64,000 bases of DNA from an uncultured Spirochaetota bacterium. Lineage in GTDB: Bacteria; Spirochaetota; Brevinematia; Brevinematales; JAOACQ01. This document shows, piece after piece, positions 17,854 through 26,500 of the stretch. The position numbers were made by a program, and so were the translations under genes. Below the pieces are notes generated by a model that had not been told where the DNA came from, did no database searches, and saw only the letters and a list, made by a program, of their open reading frames with translations. Numbering within the stretch: the first letter of the stretch is position 1; each line of letters opens with the position of its first letter. The stretch covers positions 68,529 to 132,528 of the forward strand of contig CAWEAK010000022.1 in assembly GCA_963806975.1 (NCBI GenBank). The letters run 5' to 3'.

Positions 17854-18549
17854 TTATGTATTAGAATGAATATTATTGTTTATTACTCTGATGGCTTCAA
17901 GAAAATCTTTTATTAGTTTTTTATCCTTAACTCCCTTTTCTATTTCAACTCCGCTTGACACATCAATTCCATAAGGGACTATGGTTTCAAATAATCCTGA
18001 AATATTTGATGAATTTAACCCTCCTGCCATTATTACCCTTTTTTTAATAAATTCTTTGATTATTCCGCCTCCCAAAGATTCAAGGGCAACAGGTTTACCG
18101 GTTCCACCGAAAGCTTCGGTAGTATATTTATCTACAAGCCAAGCTGATATAAGGCTTTGTTTTTGTATCTGGTTTTCCATTAGATGTGAAATTGTTTGAT
18201 AATCCAATTTTTCTACTCTTACAGCCATTATTATAGGAAGATTAGTCCTTTTCTTAAAATCTTTTATAAAATTATAGGAATAAATTTCAGAATCCCCATG
18301 GATCTGAATTGTATCAATGCCTGTTTCCTCAATGGTTTTTAAGAGATCATCCTGCCCCTTATCCACAAACACACCAACCTTGTTAACAAAAGGGGGCAGG
18401 TTTAAAATGATTCTCTTTGCTTCTTGAATGCCTATATTCCTGGGGCTTTTTTCATAAAACACAAGCCCAAGGGCATCGGCGCCGTTTTCGATCGCCGCTT
18501 CGGCGATCTCCCGGGTTTTAATACCGCAGATTTTTACTCTCACTTTCAT
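17854..18549 (-). CDS. trpF: phosphoribosylanthranilate isomerase
   Basis: MKVRVKICGIKTREIAEAAIENGADALGLVFYEKSPRNI, ending ...GIDVSSGVE, is a typical PRAI TIM barrel. Confidence 0.8.
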   Translation of the reverse strand: MKVRVKICGIKTREIAEAAIENGADALGLVFYEKSPRNIGIQEAKRIILNLPPFVNKVGVFVDKGQDDLLKTIEETGIDTIQIHGDSEIYSYNFIKDFKKRTNLPIIMAVRVEKLDYQTISHLMENQIQKQSLISAWLVDKYTTEAFGGTGKPVALESLGGGIIKEFIKKRVIMAGGLNSSNISGLFETIVPYGIDVSSGVEIEKGVKDKKLIKDFLEAIRVINNNIHSNT

Positions 18550-18743
18550 ATTTTATGCCAAACCTCTTTATCATTATTTTATTAAATCCATAGATAATAA
18601 TCTATTTTAATTCTTTTCTTTTTTTTAAGCAAAATACTAGTAACTTAAGTAATTCAGGTAAAATATTTGATTGAAGGTTTATTATTACTTATAATCATTG
18701 ATCTGGGAAATTTTATTAATCAATCTATTTTTCAAGGGTAAAA

Positions 18744-20339
18744 ATGAAACGGGAAAGACTTGGCATAATTATATTCTTTTTTTTATTTTTTTTTATTTTA
18801 TTAGAAATAAGGATATTTTCAATTTCAATTTTTCCTGATCCCCGATTAAAAAGTGAAGATGATAAACGGCCCGAAAGGGGAGTGATTTATGATAGAAATA
18901 AAAAAGAACTGGCTGTAAATTCAACTTTTTATTCATTCTACTGCCGTCCTAATCAGATATCAACAGAATTAAAAAAATCTATCTATAATCAGCTTCTTCA
19001 AAGCGCTATATTAAATGCCAATGATCTGGAAGGTCTTTTTTTAAATAAAAATTTTTCATGGTTAAAGAGGAAAATTCCTCCTGAATATATTGATACTATC
19101 AAAGACTGGATTGATTCTTTAAAAAAAAATGGCAATATTTTAAAAGACGAGCTAGGCTTGATTCCGGAAGCAGGAAGGTATTATCCTAATAACGCAGTTG
19201 CCGGTTGTGTCGGTTTAGTAGGAATTGATAACAAAGGCCTTACTGGTATAGAAAACACTTTCAATTCACATCTTGAAAAAGGATATAATGTCTATACCAC
19301 ATTAGATGCAGATCTTTCTACCATAGTATTTGAGGAGTTAAAACGCGGGATTTTTGAAAACAGGGCAGAGTCCGGAAGTGCCGCAATTATTGATAATGAA
19401 AACCGTGAAATACTGACTATGGTCAGCTATCCGACTTTTGATCCTAATAATTATCGGAGTATTTCGCCAGAAAATCTGAAACTTAGTGCAATATCTTTCA
19501 TATTTGAGCCCGGCTCTGTAATGAAACAATTTGCTGCTGCCTATGCACTTGAAAGAGGCTATGCCACACCATTCAAACCAATTTACAAATGTTCCGGATC
19601 AGCGACCGTAAAAGATCATGAATTTAACTGTGAATCAGCTCATGGTTATGTCGATCTTACCAGGATTATTCAAAAATCATGCAATGTCGGAATGGTCCAA
19701 GTGGCCGATTCTTTTAAAAAAGAAGATTTTTATACATTTCTACGGGGTTTCGGATTCGGAACTTCTGTAAATTTGCCTTTAAATGATATACAATCGGGAA
19801 TTTTCAGGCCATCGGAAAAATGGTCTCTTTTATCAAAATATATGATTTCAATCGGACAGGAGATAGGTGTAACGACAGCCCAGCTATTAATGGCATCAAG
19901 CGTGATAGCCGGCGGCGGTATCTACAAAGAACCGGTTTTAATTCGTGAAGTTAAGGATTTAAAAGATAAAAATGTATATCAAGCGGATAGGAATGAATAT
20001 TCAGTTATTTCAAAAGAGACATCCAGGACCTTGCTGAAAATGATGGAAACTGTCGTCAGTGAGAATGGAACAGCTATAGCTGCTAAAATTGAAGGTATTC
20101 CAATTGCTGGAAAAACAGGAACAGGTCAAATTGCCAAACCCGAGGGTGGCGGTTATTATAAAGATTTTTATAACTCTGTATTTACAGGCTATATCCCTTC
20201 GGATAAACCAAAATACACCGTAGTCGTTGTTATAAACAAACCTCATGGCGAAAAGCATGCAGGGGGTCAGATTGCAGCCCCGGTATTTGCTAATATCATC
20301 CGTAGAATGATTACATCTACAGGATATTTTTCAAATTAA
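18744..20339 (+). CDS. class B penicillin-binding protein (FtsI/PBP2-type D,D-transpeptidase)
   Basis: N-terminal TM anchor. Motifs SXXK (SVMK), SXN (SCN) and KTG(T) (AGKTGTGQ) are present. Confidence 0.85.
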   Translation: MKRERLGIIIFFFLFFFILLEIRIFSISIFPDPRLKSEDDKRPERGVIYDRNKKELAVNSTFYSFYCRPNQISTELKKSIYNQLLQSAILNANDLEGLFLNKNFSWLKRKIPPEYIDTIKDWIDSLKKNGNILKDELGLIPEAGRYYPNNAVAGCVGLVGIDNKGLTGIENTFNSHLEKGYNVYTTLDADLSTIVFEELKRGIFENRAESGSAAIIDNENREILTMVSYPTFDPNNYRSISPENLKLSAISFIFEPGSVMKQFAAAYALERGYATPFKPIYKCSGSATVKDHEFNCESAHGYVDLTRIIQKSCNVGMVQVADSFKKEDFYTFLRGFGFGTSVNLPLNDIQSGIFRPSEKWSLLSKYMISIGQEIGVTTAQLLMASSVIAGGGIYKEPVLIREVKDLKDKNVYQADRNEYSVISKETSRTLLKMMETVVSENGTAIAAKIEGIPIAGKTGTGQIAKPEGGGYYKDFYNSVFTGYIPSDKPKYTVVVVINKPHGEKHAGGQIAAPVFANIIRRMITSTGYFSN

Positions 20340-20359
20340 CTCCTGGAGGGTGTTTTTAA

Positions 20360-21976
20360 ATGAAAGATTTTATAATAGAGGGTATTGAACCAAAGGAGAG
20401 TCTCCCAAATGCCAGGATTATAAAAGACGGAAAATCCTATACTCTTCATTCGATTCAACCATTCAAGGAGGCGGAAAGAATTGCTTCAAAATTTAATCCT
20501 TCTATGAAGTGGGTTCTTATAGCCGGTTTTGGATTGGGTTATATACCTGAATATCTTTTAATAAATACCGAATACCAAATAATAATATTCGAACATACTG
20601 ATGAAATTATCGAATTTGCTAAAAAATCAGATAGAGTAAAAAAAATTATTAATAATAAACGTGTATTTCTTATTACAAATGATAGTGGAGAAATAATCCA
20701 GTTCCTTGATAATAATAATATTAAGGAACTCAATTTTTATATTCACAGGCCTTATTATGCCCTTTTCCATGATATTTATTCCAATCTTGAAGGGATCCTT
20801 ATTGCCTATCTTTCTAAAAAGCAGATCAACAAAGCAACATTGAAAAGGTTTCAAAAGGTCTGGCTGAAAAATATAATAAAAAATTCCCTTTTTTATTTTT
20901 CAATACCAGGGATTAAAAATATCCGGCATAATTTTCAAAACATACCAGCTGTGATTGTAGGAGCAGGTCCTTCACTTAGTAAAAACATTAATATTTTAAA
21001 AGAAGCACAGGATTATCTTATAATTATTTCAACTGATACTGCGCTTTCGATACTTTATAATAACGGTATCAAAGCGGACTTCGTAGTCAGTGTTGACCCG
21101 CAGGATAAAAATACTCTTTATCTTCTTTATTCTGAATACAAAGAAGCAACTTTGATATTGGACTCTGCGGCTTCTTTTATAAGTTTACTTAAATATAATC
21201 CTGCAAAGACTCTTTTTTTTGACAGTATTTTTCCTCTTTATGAGGAATTAATGCCATTCTGGAAAGAAAAGGGAACCCTTCTTTGCGGGGGATCGGTATC
21301 CACAACTGCCTTTGATTTTGCGCGTTTTTTAAACTGCAGCCCTATTATTTTTATAGGACAGGACCTGGCTTATTCTCAAAAACATACTCACTCGGAGGGA
21401 AGTATACTTGAAGAGTTCCTGTATTACAGAATCAACCGTTTTGAAACCTATGAAGCCTATAACGCTAAATCGCTTATATTTTCAGATAAAATTGAAGTTA
21501 AAGGCCTTGATGGTAATAAGGTGATTTCTGATAGAAAGTTTGTGAATTTTGTAGATTGGTTTAAAAAAGAAATAAATTTTACTCAGACTGAAGTGATTAA
21601 TGCAACCGAGGGCGGCGCTTATATTGAAGGCGCCAGTCATCAAACCCTGAAAAAAACTGTCGAAAATTTTTATAATGGCGGAAAAATCAATAAATCCTTT
21701 TCAATCGAACATGATTCTGAGAATCCTTATAATTTTATCATTTACCTTCAAGAAATTATTAATGGAATGGAACATTTAATATCCTATGGAAAAATGGCAT
21801 TTCAGGCTTCATTACGGGCATTGAGTTCTTTTCAACATAATAATATCAATCAGTATGAATTGAAAATAATGACAAGTTTCGATAGAGAATTGTTTAAATT
21901 AATAAAAGGGAAAAACAGCATCGCCCATTTTATCGAATTAACTATGCAGGAATCTATAAAAAATACTGGATGGTAA
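20360..21976 (+). CDS. motility-associated factor (Maf)-like protein, DUF115/MptE-like domain
   Basis: The core VIVGAGPSLSKNINILKEAQDYLIIISTDTALSILYNNGIKADFVVSVDPQ is typical of DUF115. GGAGGG RBS precedes the start. The ORF may continue to 22100 in another frame (see findings). Confidence 0.6.
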   Translation: MKDFIIEGIEPKESLPNARIIKDGKSYTLHSIQPFKEAERIASKFNPSMKWVLIAGFGLGYIPEYLLINTEYQIIIFEHTDEIIEFAKKSDRVKKIINNKRVFLITNDSGEIIQFLDNNNIKELNFYIHRPYYALFHDIYSNLEGILIAYLSKKQINKATLKRFQKVWLKNIIKNSLFYFSIPGIKNIRHNFQNIPAVIVGAGPSLSKNINILKEAQDYLIIISTDTALSILYNNGIKADFVVSVDPQDKNTLYLLYSEYKEATLILDSAASFISLLKYNPAKTLFFDSIFPLYEELMPFWKEKGTLLCGGSVSTTAFDFARFLNCSPIIFIGQDLAYSQKHTHSEGSILEEFLYYRINRFETYEAYNAKSLIFSDKIEVKGLDGNKVISDRKFVNFVDWFKKEINFTQTEVINATEGGAYIEGASHQTLKKTVENFYNGGKINKSFSIEHDSENPYNFIIYLQEIINGMEHLISYGKMAFQASLRALSSFQHNNINQYELKIMTSFDRELFKLIKGKNSIAHFIELTMQESIKNTGW

Positions 21977-22104
21977 TGATGAAAATAATTTAGACAAAGA
22001 ACTGCTGGAAAGATGGTCTTCTTTTTATAGAGAAGTGTATTTCGGTTCACTAAACATAAGAAAGCTTATTAAAATGAGAATAAAATTAGGTGTTAAATAA
22101 AAAA

Positions 22105-22124
22105 GGGAAGGGTTATACCTTCCC
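22105..22124. terminator. bidirectional intrinsic terminator
   Basis: AAAA-GGGAAGG-GTTATA-CCTTCCC-TTTTTT lies between convergent genes. Confidence 0.7.
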
Positions 22125-22194
22125 TTTTTTATTTATATAATTTTCTCCCTGCATCTCTAATATTGTACTCTAAGTAACAATCTTTAAGATCATT

Positions 22195-23190
22195 TTAGTT
22201 ATTTGTAGCACCAGGAGCTTTTGTAGCAGATGAAGCTGCCTGTTTTTTAACTTCCTGCTGCATCAGATAAACTTTTTCACCTATACTCTTCAAGTCATTC
22301 ACTCTTCTTTCAAGTCTTACTTTTGCAAGTATTCCCCAAACTGCCTCATCATCTATATCCAGTTCTTCCCTGATGATGGCTCTATCGAATTCAACTTCAA
22401 CATCTTTAAAGTATATAACAAAGTCACCACCGCTTTCAATTTCAGGTTTAAAAACAATATAGGAATCAAAAGCTATAAAAGGATAACTTTTTGGATAAAG
22501 CGGTAGTCTCTGCAGGGTTCTATCCTGTATGTTTTCTGTATATTCCGGGTTATTCCATACAAGCTTTCTCCAGCCGTCATAATATGTCGAGCCTAAGAAA
22601 TAATCCTGAACAGCCTCATTTCTATCCCTTAATCGAAGAGCAACCTGCATTTGATAATTCAATCCATATACCCAGGAAGATATGGATTTGATCTGCCCAA
22701 CATTCATTAATATTCCCATAACAAGGCTATTCTCTTCCCCAGAATCGGTTACGTTAACATCCCTGCCATTGTCATAATACGGAAATAGGTCAAAAGGAGG
22801 TTTAACCATCGCCCATGATAAAAACCTGCCCTCTATAAGATGAATCCTCGCTCCCAGCACATCCCCAAATTTTTTACTTGCAGACTTTTTTGTGTAAGAA
22901 AGAACATCATTCTTTACAGTGTTTGCAGAAGATGTCATTACTATTTTCCAGTTATCAAGTGTCCAATCCTTCGCAGTAAATGTTACTGTTGGAAAACCAT
23001 ACTGGGATAAATCTGTCGAAGTATTCGATGCGACAGCCTCATCATGAATCTTCTTATCTTTATCCACTACAATAGCCATATTTGTTTCAAATGTTGGAAA
23101 ATCAATCAAAGTTTTCTTTACAGCGGAGAAAGATGTAGAACTAATTAAAAACATGAAACAAACCAATACAAACAATACTCCTTTCCTCAT
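22195..23190 (-). CDS. flaA: periplasmic flagellar filament outer-layer (sheath) protein FlaA
   Basis: Signal peptide, then TLIDFPTF near the N-terminus. The blocks WRKLVWNNPEYTENIQDRTLQRLPLYP and GGDFVIYFKDVEVEFDRAI match conserved blocks I recall from treponemal FlaA. Confidence 0.75.
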   Translation of the reverse strand: MRKGVLFVLVCFMFLISSTSFSAVKKTLIDFPTFETNMAIVVDKDKKIHDEAVASNTSTDLSQYGFPTVTFTAKDWTLDNWKIVMTSSANTVKNDVLSYTKKSASKKFGDVLGARIHLIEGRFLSWAMVKPPFDLFPYYDNGRDVNVTDSGEENSLVMGILMNVGQIKSISSWVYGLNYQMQVALRLRDRNEAVQDYFLGSTYYDGWRKLVWNNPEYTENIQDRTLQRLPLYPKSYPFIAFDSYIVFKPEIESGGDFVIYFKDVEVEFDRAIIREELDIDDEAVWGILAKVRLERRVNDLKSIGEKVYLMQQEVKKQAASSATKAPGATNN

Positions 23191-23228
23191 ATATACACTC
23201 CTTTAAACAAATTTTCCTGTTATGATTA

Positions 23229-23256
23229 ATTTTAAACTACCCCATAAATTTGTCAA
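23229..23256 (-). promoter_or_regulatory. sigma-70-type promoter for flaA (TTGACA-N16-TAAAAT)
   Basis: The minus strand reads TTGACA (23256-23251), a 16-nt spacer, then TAAAAT (23234-23229), about 40 nt upstream of the flaA start. Confidence 0.45.
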
Positions 23257-23276
23257 TATTTTTATTATAAAAATAC

Positions 23277-23303
23277 TAAATAAATACATTTATTTTCCGA
23301 TAC
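23277..23303 (+). promoter_or_regulatory. sigma-28-like motif TAAA-N15-tCCGATAc
   Basis: TAAA at 23277-23280, a 15-nt spacer, then TCCGATAC at 23296-23303. It points toward the giant OmpA-family gene about 270 nt downstream. Motif match only. Confidence 0.25.
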
Positions 23304-23574
23304 TCCTAAAAGGGTAGCTTTTTATAAAGTATCCTATACATCGGATATGAAGAAATAAAAGTTTAATAATGCTAAAAAAATACTTTATTTTATGATTATT
23401 TTTCATTTTTTGATTTTGAGTGTAATTATTTTTTTAAGAAATAGTCCAATAACTTAAAGATATTATGGGATTTTAACAACATTCTTTATAAATATAGCTA
23501 GCAAATAATTCAGTAAAAATATAATTTCTCCATAACAAACAACTTGTTAAAAAATCTTCTCTATAATATAATCA

Positions 23575-26500
23575 ATGTATGGATTTTATTTGAGGAAAAA
23601 AGGATCTATGTCTTTAATTTTAATAAGATTCATTGTAATTATTACTCTATTATTCCCCATCTGCGGCTTTACTTTAAATCTTCTTCCCGGTACTCAATAT
23701 ATTTATTATGGCTATGGAGCTAAAGAGCTGGCTTTAGGTTTAACGGGTATTTCTGAACTTGGCAGTATCGATGGAAACAGCTTCAACCCCGCAAGTTTAG
23801 GAGATGAAAGAAGAGTTGCAAACAGCTTCACTATCGGCGGTTTTGGAAGCCAAAATTTACTTTCCTCCGCCGGTATTGCATATCCAACTGATATAGGTGT
23901 TTTTTCCATAAATGGATTATATACAGGAAATGCAAATACAAATTTCCTGAATTCTCTATATGGAGCCCAGGTAAATATTGCAAAGCCTATAACCGAAAAT
24001 CTATTCTGGGGATTTGGCATTAATTTAGGTTCAGGGACTATGGCATCATATTCAGACTGGCAAGCCGGTATTGATATGGGAATCATTTCTTCCGGTAAAT
24101 CAGATAAAACAGGGATCGGTTTTTATGATCCATCCTATGGGTTGGTTTTAAAAAATATTGGCAAAACGATTAATCTTACTCCTTACGATCCCTTCCCGGC
24201 AATGGGAATAGGTGCAGGAGCCTCTTTTTACCCGATAAAATTCGACTTCTATAAACTAAAAATTATAGGTGATCTATTTTTCCCCTTCAATCCATTCAAT
24301 GTTGTATTAAATGCCGGCATAGAAAATACCTTCTTCGATTTATTTAAACTTAGATTCGGATACATTATCAGTACACCAAGCCTTGGAATTCCTAACATAG
24401 GTCCTTTAAACTTCGGGGCTGGTCTTTCCGGTAAAATAAAGCTTAAAGATTCAACGGATATCGATCTTTCCTACGCTCTTCAGAACCAGAGCTTCAATGG
24501 AAAGCAGGAATTGGCCCATTTTGTAACTGTTAATGTCGCATGGGGATATTATGACGATCAAAAGCCGACAGCTATAATTACTCCGAATACCGTTTATTTC
24601 TCACCCAACTTTGATGCTATTCTGGATGAAGTAAAATTTTCTTTAGATATAAAAGATAATGAAATGGTTGACAGCTGGGAAGTAAATATTATCGACAGTG
24701 ATAAAAAGATCGTTAAGACTTTTAAGAGTCTTGAAAAACTGCAGTTAAGAAGTTTAACATTTCAGAAATTCATAGGACAGATTTTATCCAGAAAACAGCA
24801 GGTTGAAATACCAAAAGAAGTCGTCTGGAATGGACAGAATGAAAACGGTCTTAGAATGCCGGATGGTGAATATACTTATATTTTAAAGGCCTGGGATGAA
24901 AATAGGAATACCGTTGAAACTGAGCCCGGTAAAATCATTCTGGATACAATCGTACCCAAAATCGAAACTACTCCAAGTTATCTTATTTTCTCACCGAATA
25001 ATGATGGCGTTAAAGATGATATAACATTTAACCTAAAAAGCTCGGATATAGAAGATATTGATAAAACAAAAGCTGTTATTCAGGATACTAAAAGTAATAT
25101 TATTAAATCATATGAATTTGAAGGAAAGCTCCCAGACAAAATAGTCTGGGATGGAAGGAATAATAACGGAACATCGGCTGCAGAGGGCGAATATTCTTTT
25201 CATATAATAATATCAAATCTGGCAGGGAGCAAGGCTGAAAATACAATTACAGGCATCCGCCTTGTTACAAATTATCAAACAGTATCCGTTGAAGCCGGCA
25301 ATGATGCCTTTTCTCCAAATGGTGATGGTGTTAAAGACAATATTACTTTCAAAACTAAGATTTCCAACAGCTGGGGCCTGGAAAAATGGTCACTGAAAAT
25401 CTATGATGCTAATAATAGTGTAGTTAAAGAATTCAAGGGGGAGAAAAATCTTCCCGATTCAATAATATGGGATGGAAAATCAGTTGAAAATAAAACATTG
25501 GCGGATGGAATCTATAGTTATGATCTTCAACTTAATTTTGACAGTGGAAACTTCCCTAAATCAGCCAGGAACAATGTCAGAATCGATACAACTCCTCCAT
25601 ATCTTTCTGTGAAACCCCAATATAACTCTTTCTCTCCAAACGCAGATGGCAAACAGGATACTATCGACTTTTACAATATTGTGAAGGGTGATGGTAATGA
25701 TATTATAGAAGTTAAGATATCAGATTCTTCAGGGAACGTCGTATATTACAATCAATATGAAAAAAAGGATTTTCCAAGTACTATTACATGGAACGGTCTG
25801 GATAAAGATTTAAAACCCCTTCCTGAAGGGAAATATAATTATGAACTTGATGGAACGGATTTCGTTGGAAATAAGAGCAGCGCAGTTGTTAAAGATATTT
25901 TACTGAAAACCGGCCTTGAAAAAGTTGCAGTTCAGAGCGATGTTCCGGCTATTTCCCCGAATAATGAAAATGCTGTTCATAAAGCCTTTTTTTCCCCATC
26001 GGTAACCTCGAAAGAAGGAATTATTTCTTTTACCCTTGATATAGTTAGAGATAAAAAAGTTATCAGGTCTTTCAATAGTGATAATTTTATAGATAAAATA
26101 GAATGGGATGGGAGCGATGATTCCGGAAAAACGGTAAAAGACGGGATATATACATACCTCCTCAAAGTTAAATATAATTTTGGCGACGAACCTGTTTCAA
26201 CGGCAAAAACTATCAAAGTTGATACCGTTGCCCCTTATATAGATATCAAACCGGATTATTTAATTTTCTCCCCAAATAATGATGGAAGAAAAGACACTCT
26301 GACAATTAAGCAGGCGGTTAAGGGCGACAATAATGATAAATATCAGGCTGTAATTATTGGGCCGGAAGGAAAGTCAGAAAAAACATACAATTGGGTTGGT
26401 ACGGTGCCGGCGGAAATTGTCTGGGATGGTAATAATGATAACGGAAATCCGGTTAATGAAGGTATATACACTTACCAGATAACGGGAATTGATTTTGCTA

